Origin: Octopus sinensis
Lineage: Eukaryota
Length of the DNA stretch: 64,000 nt
Direction: 5' to 3'
Assembly (NCBI RefSeq): GCF_006345805.1
Contig: NC_042998.1
Location: 90,210,001 to 90,274,000 of the forward strand
Positions 41,152 through 59,710 of the stretch are shown piece by piece. Positions within the stretch are counted from its first letter, which is position 1. The number at the start of each line of letters is the position of its first letter. Under the pieces are notes generated by a model. It was not told the DNA's origin. It saw only the letters and a program-made list of their open reading frames with translations, and did no database searches. A program made the translations under genes and the position numbers.

Positions 41152-41354
41152 GTAAGACTTTTATATTTCTTAATTGAGAAAATTTTATGGAATGCATTAT
41201 TTCAAAGTAATTTTTCCTTTTACTTAAAATTTCACTTCAAACTTTCATTGCTTATACTTCCTTTTGTTGTTTTCTTTGATGATTTAGGGAAAATGTAGCT
41301 GGTTTCAGAAATGTTGTTTTTTTTAATCATTATCCTCATCACCATCATAATCAT

Positions 41355-41393
41355 CGTTGTTGTTGTTGTTGTTGTTGCTGTTGTTGTTGTTGT

Positions 41394-41425
<32 letters not shown>

Positions 41426-41490
41426 GTGCTGTTGTTGATGATTATGTTGTTGGTGGTGGTGTTATCGTCGTCGTCGTCGTCGTCGTCTGG
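41355..41490 (+). repeat. Compound trinucleotide microsatellite (GTT)n(GAT)n(GTC)n
   Basis: Direct reading. Confidence 0.9.
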
Positions 41491-41637
41491 TAAATTCGTG
41501 TCCCTTTGCCTTGTAGTAATGAAGCTAGAAATGCCTGAAATAAGAGAACACCTTTTTCTCCAGTTCGTTTATTTTCGTTCCTTCTATTTTTGTCAGCAGA
41601 CGACAGATTTACAATTCACTGCTACAGGAGTTAGAAT

Positions 41638-41763
41638 AAAGACGTCAAAGGCTCTGGTCAGTTTGTTAAATTAGTGAAATTAATTATACTATCTGCAATT
41701 AAAGACGTCAAAGGCTCTGGTCAGTTTGTTAAATTAGTGAAATTAATTATACTATCTGCAATT
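41638..41763 (+). repeat. Perfect 63-bp tandem duplication in intron 1
   Basis: 41638-41700 is identical to 41701-41763. Confidence 0.9.
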
Positions 41764-42308
41764 AGAATTTTATGGATTTCATAGTTCCATGGATTGGGTT
41801 TATTTCTTCAGTCTTTTAGTTTATAAAACCCAGCTGCAATAGAGGAAGAAATTTTTAAAAACTTTCATGGTTAATTTAATTAAAATTCTTGCTACAAAAG
41901 CATATGATAATCCCTAGAAGATATTCAGATAATGTCTGTACAACTGGCGTGTTTCAGAGATATTTCACTCTAAATAAAATTTCATTCAAACTGTTATCAT
42001 TATCCGAAATATATCGCATCTGATTGCTCTCACAACGCTACCATCAGAACTGGTCCAAAAAATATTCTCTTGTACTTTTCTTGAAACCCATAAGATAATA
42101 ATCATGCAGAATTTATTAATCTCTGAGATCCCAGTATATGTCTAACGATATGGCCAGAAAGAATTTACACATGGAAATAAACCCACCAAATATATTAGAG
42201 ATTCCTTAAATATACGGTTTCTGTAATATCCTATTTTCACCTAGATGTTGCTTAAAAATTTATCTGTTATGCAAAGATATACACTTCGGGTTACGATCTT
42301 TAGATACA

Positions 42309-42340
<32 letters not shown>

Positions 42341-42341
<1 letters not shown>

Positions 42342-42672
42342 TTTACTCTTTTACTTGATTCAGTCATTTGACTGCGGCCATGCTGGAACACCGCCTTTAT
42401 TCGAGCAAATCGACCCCAGGACTTAAGTTAAGTTACGGGGACGTAAACACACCACCATCGGTTGTCAAGCGACGCTGAGGTGACAAATACAGACACACAA
42501 AGATATACATACACATACATATATATACATATATACGACGGGCTTCTTTCAGTTTCCGTCTACCAAATCTACTATAGTCGAAGACACTTGCCCAAGGTGC
42601 CACGCAGTGGAACTGAACTCGGAACCATGTGGTTCGTAAGCAAGCTACTTACCGCGCAGCCACTCCTGTGCT
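42341..42672 (-). mobile_element. SINE family 1 (intron 1), internally deleted
   Basis: Head and tail present; part of the body missing. Confidence 0.85.
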
Positions 42673-42809
42673 GATTATATATATATATACACAACAAGGA
42701 TATCCAGAGGTAATGCAGTACGATCGTTTCATGCGATTCCATTTAATTGAACAATGCAATCATTTCATTACATCAATTTAAAGTGTAGAGCAGCTGAAGA
42801 TTGCTCTAC

Positions 42810-42867
<58 letters not shown>

Positions 42868-42871
42868 ATAT

Positions 42872-42921
<50 letters not shown>

Positions 42922-43414
42922 CTATCATAATTTGATAATAGATTTTAGAAATGAATGGTTCCTCAATGATTGTCTCTAAAACTTGCCGAAGAGAAGGTTG
43001 AATGCTTAAAATGTTACATGAGAGAGTACACAATCAGGTACTCAAACCTAAATTAGGAGATATAATAAAACCTTCCTATATCTGGAAAAAAAACTAATGC
43101 TTGAGTATAGTGGATACGAATCATACAAGTGTGAATGATTGGAGCATTAATGGAAATAGGCTTGGAGAGATTTTCAAAACAGATTTATAACAAGATGACA
43201 TGTTAAATAACAAATGAATCTGAATACTGCATGTTTCAAATTTAATTTTGCTTCAGACACTTTCAATGAATATTCTGTTTAAGAAAAAACATTATTTCGT
43301 GTACATTTTTTTCATTTTTATTACTCACTGTTTCTCGTTACTTAATTTATAATGAAATGAAACTAGTAAAAAGTTAAAGATTTGACATTTAGAATACTAA
43401 GAATAGTAATATAT

Positions 43415-43496
<82 letters not shown>

Positions 43497-44049
43497 CGTG
43501 CGTGCGTGTATGTGTGTACTTTTATGGATTAGTTACATACGAGTTACCTACCAATGTCGGATGTTTTCTGGTGGAAATATGCTTATTAATAAAAATGCAA
43601 TGAAATAGTAATAAATACGAAAACAAGTTTCGAATGATATTTTAGAACGTCTCTTGAGATTTTTGCTTTACTTTTGTTTTGCATTTTGTTATTTTTTTCA
43701 TCCACTGAAACTGTATAATGAACGCTTAATTAAATCATTAGTATATTGGTTAATTAACCATATATTTCTCTATTAGAATATATCAAGTTAAATGATTCAC
43801 AAGAATGTTTGTGTCATTCAAGACAGAAGCGTTCAAAACCGATTTGTTGCACCTTTCAATAGAGAAAATTATTAATGTAGATTTTATGAACTTTTAACAG
43901 GAAATTAAAACTTTTCTTAATACAGGCGTAGCTGTGTGGTGAGAAACTTGCTTCCGGGTTCAGTACCATTGCGTGGCACCTTGAGCCAACCAAAGCCTTG
44001 CGAGTGGATCTGGTAGACCCTTGTGTGTATATGGATGTGTGTGTGTGTG

Positions 44050-44190
44050 GAGGCGCATGGCTTAGTGCTTAGAGCGTAGAGCTTACGATCGTGAGGTTGT
44101 GAGTTCGATTCCCGGACCGGGCTGTGTGTTGTGTTCTTGAGCAAGACACTTTATTTCACCTTGCTCCAGTTAACTCAGCTGTAGAAATGA
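44050..44190 (+). mobile_element. SINE family 3 (tRNA-Arg-like head, CORE-like body)
   Basis: A-box TGGCTTAGTG, B-box GTTCGATTCC, anticodon-loop-like CTTACGA (ACG), then TTGAGCAAGACACTTTA. Related copies lie near 14110, 15825, 23505, 30340 (-) and 61277. Confidence 0.75.
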
Positions 44191-46304
44191 GGTGTGTGTG
44201 TGTGTGGTTTGTTGTGTATGTGTATGTGCGCGCGCGCGCGTGTCCTATCGCCGGTGTTGGCATGTGTTCTGCAAAAGAAGGGGGAACATTTGAACTGAGG
44301 TCAAGTGACTTGACTAAAATTTCTTCAACGCGGTGCCTCAGCATGGCCGGAGTCTATTATAAAAAAGGAGGAGTGTAATCGTACAAATATCCCAATTATG
44401 TTATTTAATAAACTTGGATAGACGAAAAACAGAATCATCCTGGCAGAGCTTGAACTCACAGCTGATAGGGTAAAAGTTTACACTATGATACAGGGATCAT
44501 AGCCCACATTTTGTTAATTTATTTACATTTGCCCATGTTGTACACACATAAAAATATCTCCACTTCTCCATTTCTATTACCGGCAATGCTTATGAAAGTA
44601 AATCTGACACAAAACAATAAATGTCATCAACTGCGCAATGGACCACAAATATATTCAATTTGAAAATACTTAGAAAAGATCTGAAGTACATAAAGAGAAC
44701 ATCTCATTGGCCCGGTTATGGAACACAGTCCCCTGTTATTGAAATAAATAAGCAAGCAAGTTAAGGGAAGATAGTGAAGGGGGAGAGAAAATGAAAGCAG
44801 CAGAGAAAGAATTACAAGGTTATTTATTATCTGCCTAAACATTTTAATCAGTTATAGGTGTGTCTCTGTTCTCTGGGGTGTAATAAGTAAGGTAGCCAAT
44901 GAAATGGAAGAATCGAGTTAGTTACACTTTTCTTAAATGTCGTTTCATCATGCTTCTATAACTTAACTTGCAAAGTGACACACCCCCACCCCACAAAAGA
45001 AAAAATACTACATTGGCGGGGAGGGTAGACTGTTCAAACCTCATTTTCACAACACCACAACCATAGCCCTCATTTTTATTCCTGCGATATACATACACAC
45101 AGAAATTCAAACACACAAACACACACACACACATATGCACATGCACACGCACATACACCTATACTCACATACTCTCTAACTTTCCTAATTTATTTACCTA
45201 TCTCACTACCAACACTTTTTCGTCTCTATTTATCTCTATCACCCTTCTTATAGCTATGTATCTATCTGTTTATCTATCTATCAACCTCAGAGCGTCAGCC
45301 TACAAATATAATCAACTCCACACCCAGGACATCTATTTACATGGGTTTGTTTAACTGTTCGAATTCCCCAGTACTTCAGTAGATGTCAAACAATGCTGTG
45401 TGTGCTTTCTAGTGAGAATGACCGCGGCTAACCTTTATCATTGCTCATCTTTTTCTTTATTTTCTTCACTAAACTTGAAGACATTGCAGGAATAAACGAT
45501 TTGCTCGATAAAACAAGCTTCCAAGGACATACTACATACAAGCGAAATACTTTGTTTAACTAACACACACTTTTTTAATGTGTTTTCGTTTCTTTTCTTC
45601 AAATTCGTGCATAAATACCAATATTAGTTGCCCATGGTAAATTTAAACCACCCAAGAAGAAAGAAGCGTCTAGATAAAGATTTATTTTGACCTTTTCTAA
45701 AAAAAAAAAAGGAATGGCGGTAAAACATAGCGGTTCGCTTATTTTTCTGTAACGATAAACCTTTTAGAAATAATGAAGTCAACTCAGAAGTGCTTACCCT
45801 TGCGAGTGGCATCAGTTCTACACTGATCTAAATGAATCATTTTATAACACACATTTAGAGATTAATATATCAAAAGAAAACAACAAGAAATATTGTACAT
45901 TGATGAGGTGGCGTTTCCTCCAAAGGACCAAAAGATGTCGTAATCGAGTAGTAGGGTATTTCAAGTTTAGTTCTTTTTATGGTGACAGTTGTTGTTAATG
46001 TTAATGATAAGCTCCATGTCAATTATGATCAAGCAGGCTTGTGAAGGATGATGTCCTAGTATGACCTATGACTGAAACTATTAAAAAGAGGGAAGGAACA
46101 ATGCTTGGAGCAAGCCGTAACGCTCTTATATGTGCATGTATTTGTGTGGGGGTATGTATATATATTATTCTCTGATATAAAGTCTATTTTTGCATGCCAA
46201 CTAGTTCCTTAGTGATTCTCATCACTACTTCAGTAAGTATACTGACATGCTTCGCTAATGAAGTTATAGTAATAATGGGTGACTTCAGAGTCTCCGATAC
46301 CGAT

Positions 46305-46660
46305 ACAGGCATGACTATGTGGTTAAGAAGTTCGATTTGCAACCGCGTGATTTCGGGTTCAGTCCCATAACGTGGCATCTTAAGCAAGTGTCGTCTATTA
46401 CAGACCCGCGCCGACCAACGTTTTGTGAATGAATTTGGCAAATGGAAACTGCGTGGAAGCTTGTTTTATATGTGTGTACGTATGTTTATCACACCACCAC
46501 CACCATACAGCGCTTGACAACTGGTGTTGGTTTGTTTATGAACTCAAAAAGTAAGTACCAGACTTTTAAAAGAATAAGTACTGAAGTCGATTTGTTTGAC
46601 TAAATCCTTCAAGTCAGTGGCTGCATGGCTGCAATCAATGACTGAAACAAGCGAAGGATA
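46305..46660 (+). mobile_element. SINE family 1, diverged variant (intron 1)
   Basis: Recognisable head, body and tail with many substitutions. Confidence 0.75.
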
Positions 46661-46828
46661 AGATATACTCACCGAAATAATACTAATATATACTCATTGA
46701 CTAATGCTGTAGATATGTTTTATTCTGTTCTGTTTTTCTTTTTCGCCACATTTTTTTCTTTCTAGTTGAGTTCACAGCATTAAATGTATTAGCCTTTACT
46801 TAATTATACCATTATCTATATATTCCAG

Positions 46829-46981
46829 GACTGGGTAAAAGATGCTATGTGTGTTACAGCGGCGAACAGCAGACATCAAAAAGTTATTGTCCGCCACAAA
46901 GTATTACGGCTCCGTATCTCACCAATTCTGAAGCTTGCTATGGCAGTTGTTTCGTTCGGGTAAAAAAGCAAAATCCAAACG
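46829..46981 (+). CDS. Ly6/uPAR-like protein, coding exon 2 (N-half of three-finger domain)
   Basis: Acceptor TATTCCAG|, donor |GTAAG at 46982, phase 1-1, 153 nt open: (G)LGKRCYVCYSGEQQTSKSYCPPQSITAPYLTNSEACYGSCFVRVKKQNPN. CYxC is the typical Ly6 start. Confidence 0.92.
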
Positions 46982-47319
46982 GTAAGTAACAAGCATCCTA
47001 GACAGAATTCTTAAGTTTATCTTACAAAACAGATGAAAATCACAAAACATTTGTAATATAATTAAAATATATTGAGTCCGAATTTCGAGAATAAATATGA
47101 CATAGGCACAGACATAACTGTGTGGTTAAAATTTCGCTTCGCAACCACGCGGTTTGGGGTTCAGTGCTACTGTGTACTGCATCTTGAACAAGTGTCTTCT
47201 ACTATAGTCCCGGATGAGCGAATTCCTGGCGAAAATAGGGGCGATCCTAATGGTTGCTAGTACTTCGAACAAGCTCAGTATCGACACCCTTCAATTCTTT
47301 CTTTTAGACGGACTGACAG

Positions 47320-47477
<158 letters not shown>

Positions 47478-49001
47478 CTTCACAAGCCTCTGCCGTTCGA
47501 CGACGAAGATTCTGTTGTTCGATCAACGGAATTACCTGCTCCTGAATAATATGTAAGTGGCTAGGGATTATTTTGACACATGAACCGCGATGGATTCAAC
47601 GTGACGCAGCGGGTGACAAATCTATTCCTTTTGAATAGAAACAATCCACCCGACAGGTTTCTACACAGTTTCCGTCTACCCAGTTTCTTTCACTTTGGCC
47701 TGAGGCTATAGAAGATTCTAATTGGCGGAATCAAATCCGAGACCTTGTGGTTGCGAAATGAACCATTCGATCATACTGCGCCAACGTAAATGTAGGAAAT
47801 TTTTCATACTATTTGTTCTCTTTTATTTCGAAAATCCTAAACACAAGATGTGATGCCCCTAAGCTCATGACACCCTGACTTGCTGGTACCTTCACCCTGA
47901 CTTGTCTACATCACAAACATCCGTCCTCCCCTCTCTATGAATCTGAGTCGCTGTGAATACGTAATGGCTCACCATTTAATGGTTGTGTGTAAAGAAACTA
48001 AATATTGAGAAATTATCCAAGTATATAAGATAATTATTGCTGATGAGGAAAAGTAATCATTTATTCTAATTCATTATTCTAATCGAAGCTTATTCTAATC
48101 TATCCCGATGGATTTCAAAGCAAACTAGATCTCGACGAAATTCGAACTCAGAACTAATTTGTATAGAAATAAAGACAATGTATCATTTAATCCGATGCTC
48201 TGGCGCTTCTAACTTAAGCATAAGGCCTAAAATTTGGAGTAGAGAGAGGTTAATCGATTGAATTGTCTCCGGAACTCCAAAGGTTCTTTATTTTATCAAC
48301 CCTTACATGATGAAAAGAAACCGATCAAATGCAAAGCTGAGCTCAGCAGGACTTTGAGTTTGAACGTAAAGAGCCAGAAGAAATACAAGTCATTTTGTCC
48401 AACACTAACGATTCTGCCAATCCTCAGCTCTTGTGCTGTTTAGTATAACTGAAAACATTCATTCTTTATATTGGCACAATACCAATATAACATATGTAAA
48501 GTTTGAATGTAAATATTTAGAAATAAAATAATAATGTAATAGAAGATATCAGTATAAATATTTACTTTGAGAACTTACAATGAAACAAAAGCAATATAAC
48601 ATATCAAACTTTAAAGGAGGGCTAGAGGCAGTTGACTAGTTTTCATTTTACCCACCCCAGAAGAATGGAAAGTGAAAGTGAAGTCAACGTGATTTAAACA
48701 TGGAACATGATTAGATAAAGTGACAATGTTTATTTCGATACGACCGTTTATGCCATTAGACAGCATGGCGCATGTCACCGAGATCACAACATTCCCCTGT
48801 ACAGGAAGCCAGTCTGCTAGTTGTAGGAGTGAAGACCAGCAGTCTTGAGGAGAGGAGACAAGTCGATTATAGTATTTGACTGGTACTTTAATTCACCAAC
48901 CTCGAAGGGATTGAACTCAGAACGTAAAGAGGCGAAAAAATGTCGCTTGACATTTTGTCAGACGTGCTACCGATTGCGCCAGTTCGCATGCAGGTATATA
49001 T

Positions 49002-49077
<76 letters not shown>

Positions 49078-49352
49078 TGTGTGTGTGTGTGTGTGAGTGT
49101 GTCACATATATATAAGTATATATATATAAGTATATATATATATATATATATATATCTTAGAGACAAAACCACTATTATGCAATTCAAACAATGATATATT
49201 AATAACTATACATATTATATATTGATTATTCATTTTTATACTTCTTGTGATCTAGTTATATGCTTTATAAAAATATATTTTATTTGTTATCTATGATTTG
49301 GTTTATGTCTATCATTGTGTGAATAGCATAATAGTGGTTTTGTCTCTAATTG

Positions 49353-49397
<45 letters not shown>

Positions 49398-49544
49398 CTT
49401 TACTACCCACAAGGGGCCAAACACAGAGGAGACAAACAAGGACAGACAAACAGATTAAGTCGATTACATCGACCCCAATGCGTAACTGGTACTTAATTTA
49501 TCGACCCCGAAAGGATAAAAGGCAAAGTCGACATCGGCTGAATT

Positions 49545-53280
<3,736 letters not shown>

Positions 53281-53787
53281 ATATATATACATACATATAT
53301 GTATATATATATACATATGTATATATATACCTTTGTAAGGTATTTCTTTCATGCTGGCCACTTGATAATTTCGACACTTAAATATCGATATTATCCTCAT
53401 ATATAAATTTATATAATTCGTTATTATATTCACTGCGGTGCTTATTTTAACCATATCGTTATTATGCGGTGATTTGGCGGGCAATTCAAACTGGCTGTGT
53501 CCATACGTGCATGTGTATGTATGTACGACGCTCGTATATGTAAGTATATCGTTTGCTGTGCATATATATATCTGTATTTATGTACCCTTGATATATTCAA
53601 TTGATGACGGTAAAGCTTATTTAAAGCAGAACCAGAAATCCTTGGATCTTGAATTATTCAATAATTTTTGCTTGTATGTTTTTTCCCTCCGCTTTACCTC
53701 ATGGTGCGATATGAACATTTAACGTGGTTTTATAGTCAGAGTTTCGACTGCTATTTCGGCATGTTGGTGTCTTTTAGACACCCTCAT

Positions 53788-53830
<43 letters not shown>

Positions 53831-53838
53831 ATATATAT

Positions 53839-53870
<32 letters not shown>

Positions 53871-53871
53871 C

Positions 53872-53918
<47 letters not shown>

Positions 53919-53986
53919 CATATATATATATACATATATATACACACATATATACATATATATATATATATATATGTGTGTATATA

Positions 53987-54031
<45 letters not shown>

Positions 54032-54166
54032 ATTATATATATATATATATATATAATATATATATAATATATATATATATATATGTATATATATACATAT
54101 ATATATACTATATATATATATATATAACATATATATATATACATATATATACATATATATACACAC

Positions 54167-54199
<33 letters not shown>

Positions 54200-54209
54200 T
54201 GTGTATATA

Positions 54210-54264
<55 letters not shown>

Positions 54265-54533
54265 AGCAATAGGCAGTGGATTGACAAAAGGTTAAAATAC
54301 GAATTTTTGACATTTTGAGTTCAAATCTCACCTAAAGTTACTTTTGATCTCCAATCTTTTGTGGGGGTGGGAAGCGATAAAACAAAGTACCATTCAGCTG
54401 TACCACTTCTTCTAGTCTGATGTCTAGTACCTGTGTTTAAAAAAATCGCTGTTAATTAGTGACATTAAGAGAAGACAAAACAACAGCCAGTATATACTGA
54501 TTTTTAAATAATTCTTTTCATATCTCATTGCAG

Positions 54534-54662
54534 TTATATTTCGTGGCTGCACCGATTTACATCCTGACCTACCACCTCATTTACCACTCAAAAGTTGTCG
54601 CAGCTATTCAAACGAACAATGGTGCTTCTGTGATACAAATCTCTGCAACAGAGCTTCGATGG
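54534..54662 (+). CDS. Ly6/uPAR-like protein, coding exon 3 (C-half of three-finger domain)
   Basis: Acceptor TCTCATTGCAG|, donor |GTAAG at 54663, phase 1-1, 129 nt open: (V)IFRGCTDLHPDLPPHLPLKSCRSYSNEQWCFCDTNLCNRASM. RGC and CxCxxxxCN are quiver-type Ly6 motifs; 10 Cys in total with exon 2. Confidence 0.92.
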
Positions 54663-55567
54663 GTAAGTTTTTAAAAAAATATTGCATAGTCTGACAGAGT
54701 ATATAACCCATGTGACAGTGTCTGCTGATCGAATAGAAAGCCTGCTGATTGAAACATCGATGGCTTATATTTGGCCACGAGCAATAGTGTTAAAAGACTG
54801 ACACATACAGTTAGTCAAATCAGTCAATAGTAGAAAGGTACAACTGGGATATATAGTATAATGATCTCAGCAATTACTGTAACATTGATTTCGCGACGTC
54901 TAAAATAATCGAGCATGGTTTTGTCGATTATATTCTGTTGGTGCTAATTTTTATGGACCACTGAAGGATAAAAGATAAAGATGACTCCAGTAGAATTTCT
55001 TCTTAAAACGTAAAGGTAAGTAATTAAACATGACGTTGTTTTGTTCGTCATTCTACTGAGTCTGCTCATCCATTATGTAATTAGTAATTCATTAGCTTAC
55101 CGCCATAGCGGCACAAAAAGCATCAATTTACAGGAAATACCTCATGACCTGGTGAGTTTCATATGACGTTGCTTAGCCACTAATCAGCTCTGATTAAGCA
55201 AACTTACAATCAGAGTTATTCCATCTGTGACCATCCTGTCATTTTCAATATCATTGACCCTATTGTCAAGCATGTTCTTTTTCACCAAAAGGTATCATTA
55301 GAGGGATATTTAGCTATTTATAGCAAGTCGAGTGATCGCATAGAAATTCCCTCATTGGCCTATCAGAATATTACAATATTGTTGTTTTTGTTTAACCCAA
55401 GGTCGACCTTGACCAAGCACACTTATGATCGAAGACTTCCATCTATAACCATCTCGTATTTTCGAGAATAATCTACTCCGAACTGTTTTATCCAATATGT
55501 TGGGGTTTTTTTAAGATCAGCTCTGATTAAGGACAATGTTGCGCAATTTTTTCCTCACAACTACTTC

Positions 55568-55689
<122 letters not shown>

Positions 55690-57407
55690 AATAGTGATGG
55701 ATTATCAATCCGGGCAAAATACTTCATAAGCTCTCTGTTGGCACACTAGGCTAACGATATTATTTAGATTAGTGAAGAACTCGATGACCTTCAGGTATTT
55801 TTACGGCAGGGTCCAAGGTTATGGTTCATCACAATTTTATATAGTAAATCCATAGATGGGCTTCAAACAAACCGGTTTTTACAAAGAGTAAGAAACAATA
55901 TAAAAATTATGGTCATGACATATTTTTCCTTTATTGGAGCAAATTTGGCTTACAGCTGATTCCAGTAGTTGTTATAGGTATATTACTAATAGGTTTACTC
56001 AATAGGTCTGCTGATCAATTGAGAAAAATTGAACGACCTAAAGAAATTAACGCTAATTTCGTCACAGTCATTTCTGGTTATAAGGGAACTGAACTGGAGC
56101 AGAATGGTGAGTGCATGACGGTGGGAGGAAAAGATGGAAAGATGGAAGTTGAATACAGAAAAGAGGAAAACAGGTTACAAAGGGGTGACGAAAAGGAAGG
56201 AAATGATAGAGGAAAGGGTCAGTTAGAAGAAGCTGGGATATTGGATGGCCAAAATTTTGGAAAGGGAAAGTCATAAAACATCAGTGTTTGTAGCCAGGTC
56301 AACACACATTATCATATTAGCATTGTTTATAGGTTAGATATTCTCCAACCGTTGTGTAGAAATTTGATATGGGTCATTTATACACATGGTCAATCTAAGA
56401 CTTTAATATTTGGTGATTGTTGCTATTAAGCATAATAGAGGATTTAATGTAGAAGGTGAAAGAATATCAGTAGTAATCATATTGTGAAGTAGAGGTCAAG
56501 AATGCTCTGATTGGCTAGGATATAAAATACTGATAGAATGAGTGATGATAGGTTGAAATAGGATGAGGTCAAGTTAAAGTTGCTTAAGGTCAAATGTAAA
56601 TTCAAATTAACTTCATTACGGATTAAATGGGTTACGGATTAAAAATTTAACTGAAGTGAAAATTTTCTAAATTTGGCATTAAAGCAAACTAAAATTTAAA
56701 AGCATTAAAATAAATTTATGGAATAAATGGTGAGACTAAAACAATAATGATGATGGTGAGAACATCAACATCAACAACACCAATAACAATAATAAAACAA
56801 GAGCACTCAGAAAGTGGAACGGATCCTTATGTATAGCCAAGGGAAATAACCCATTCATTTTCCTAAATTATTTCGTATAAATCAAATTGAGTATGCTTAT
56901 TTCTTAGTATTTGAACTGATAGAGTTATTTTCGCAATTTATCCAGTACAACCCTTAAAGAAGTAAATAGTATTTTCCTAAACAATAGATCCACTTATTTC
57001 GGTTAGTGACTTATTCACGAATATACTAACCCTAGTGCCCCTGAGGGTAATATTCTCTGGGAACGCACAAAAGCCCTTTTCAGAGTTATTTACTTTGAAT
57101 TGTTATTATATCATATCTGATAAGCCTGCCATTACGTAGCATGCTTCACGATTTTAGTATACATATCTTATTAGTATTTCCTCCTATGTTCTATATACTC
57201 TGTGAACGCATTAAATCCCTTTTATGGACTCCTTTATTTGAATTCTTATTATTGGGTAACTAATTTCATGTTATTACATAACTGGTCTATATTTAAGAGA
57301 TGAGGAATTATCTACATTATTTACATTATTTACAATTGACTGATATTTGTCCTCATCTTGTTTGTTGTTAACACAACGTTTCGGCTGATATACCCTAAAT
57401 TATTAAC

Positions 57408-57460
<53 letters not shown>

Positions 57461-57464
57461 ATAC

Positions 57465-57496
<32 letters not shown>

Positions 57497-58124
57497 TCAA
57501 AAGAAGTGTTAATTAAAACCTTATTGTAAGTTTTAGTCACCTATTGCTTACTTCATTTCAGAGTAACTCACCCCATCAAAATTTTTCCACACCTCACAGA
57601 TGAGGTGTGTGCCCTATCTTGAGAAACTCTACTTCAGGGGTTGTTCGAGAGATATCTGGCTGCTGTTTCTAGTTCCGTTGCATTCCTAGTGAATTTATCT
57701 GTGATGTATCGCTAGGAATGCAACGGTGCTGGTTCACAAAGTGTCCCTTAACATTGATTTCATATTTTGGCACAAGGTCAGCAATTGCAAGGGAGGGAAC
57801 AATCGATGTAATCGACTCCAGTACTCAAGTGGTACTTATTTTATCGACCCCGAAGGATGAAATGCAAATTGAACATCGGCGGAATTTGAACTTGGATCCT
57901 AAAGACGGTTGAAATGTTGCCAATCATTCTGAGCGGCTTCTCCAGCTCGCTGCCTTCTCTGTTATATATATTGTGGGCCTTAATAGTGGATCCCGTAATG
58001 GTTATGAAGTTCGTTTCTCAATTACAAAGTCTAGGTTTCAATTCTACAGCGTGGTATCTTTTTTTACTAAAGCATAGGATCAGCGCATACCTTTCCATAC
58101 ATGTTTGTGTGAATATATATATAA

Positions 58125-58168
<44 letters not shown>

Positions 58169-58192
58169 ATGAATATACGTGTGTGTGTGTGC

Positions 58193-58226
<34 letters not shown>

Positions 58227-59710
58227 GCACACACACACACATATGCACATGTATCATGTGGACGATATTTTCAACAGATCGTAACAACTGTACCTGATTC
58301 TTCAAGTGTATCAATTCTGTGTATGCACATATATTTACTAGATTGCTGACATTTATCAATGGTTTCTCCTATTGTGTTGATATACTATTTTGTATCATTA
58401 ATAAGATTGTCGGTATTCTTGACGACACGGATATGCTTGTGTACGTATATTTATTACCGAAAAATGCTTGTTAAAAGTTTTTGAAATATTATATTTAAAT
58501 GGCCATTATACCAACATAAAACCGAGCGAAAGCACGTGCTCAAGGCATCAAGGAAAGCGCACGGGTAGGGAACCTCACATAGTTTTCTTTTCTAATGCCG
58601 ATCTTTCTATATTAAATTGTTTCTTTTCTCTATTGAATAAAATATGTTGAAAATTGGCATTTTAACTGTTGACCTAGTAATAAATAAATGATTTGCTTTA
58701 TTATTTCGTGTTATTTAGTTTAATTTATAAAATTAAAACAAGAAAAACTGGTTTTATTTAATAAAGTTGTGGTGCATCGCCGTAAGGGTGAACTGAAAAA
58801 AGTGAATTTTTTAATCTATTATTTCCCACTAAGCACTTATTATGACTTAATGTCTTGTCAGGTGTACAAATGTTAGGGTCGATATAACATCATTGTTGGA
58901 CAATGCTAAGAACATCAGTTAATCTAGTCTTGACTCAAGGTTGCTGATTTCTAGGAAGAAATATAGTTGACTGGAATGACTTTTATACATGCCAGGCAAG
59001 GATTTATTTTTTCTATCAGCGAATGAACAAAGAAACAAATCACTGTAAAACAAGTGAAAATATCAATAGTTATTTAATATAATTCTTGAAATATGTTTGT
59101 GTGTTGTGAAGGGAAATGAGATTTTATGTTTAGGTTAGGATATTTCTTCCAAGAAAGTAATTTAATCTTGATTCAGCCATCTGACTATACTTCAGGTGAT
59201 TGATATAACACTTTATATGTGATAGAATTTGCAATGTTTAGTTACAAACAATGTGGAGTTCTTTTATAAAGCCAAAGCCAGAAACTTGTAGAGGAATATG
59301 GAAAGAATTATTCATGGCAATCGTACATTAATGAAGCTAAATGATTAGAACGAGAATCGAAAATGGATCGCATTCTTAACTTACTTTTAGCTTAACATTG
59401 GAGCCGTTTTGATTAGGCACAAGGCCCTTTGTTTTCAAGAAGAACTGAGCTGTTATGACATTCATAACTTTCCTAAGCATGTCATTGGAGTGAAAAGATT
59501 TTAAAAGTGAACTGAAACCACGTAGCGACTGTTGCTTTCTGCGATACACAACACAGGGCTAATGAAATGGAAATAAATTCGAATAAGATGATATAAACTT
59601 TCCGAAACAGTTTGCTTTAACACATTCTCTGTTGTTCTGCATCATTTGTAAATTTGTTCTGGAAATTGTTTACATTTTATATAATTATTCTGAATTTCAA
59701 TTCTTTTCAG

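Noticed and set aside
41600-41635. Possible alternative Ly6 exon (DDRFTIHCYRS) after CAGCAG
   Set aside because: In-frame TAG after 11 codons, no second Cys and no donor; probably chance.
44050-44125. tRNA gene
   Set aside because: A/B boxes are present but the cloverleaf is imperfect and continues into a SINE body seen in several copies.
59632-59710. N-terminal 26 aa of ORF 59632-60141
   Set aside because: Intronic; a strong acceptor ends at 59710 and the frame joins exon 3.
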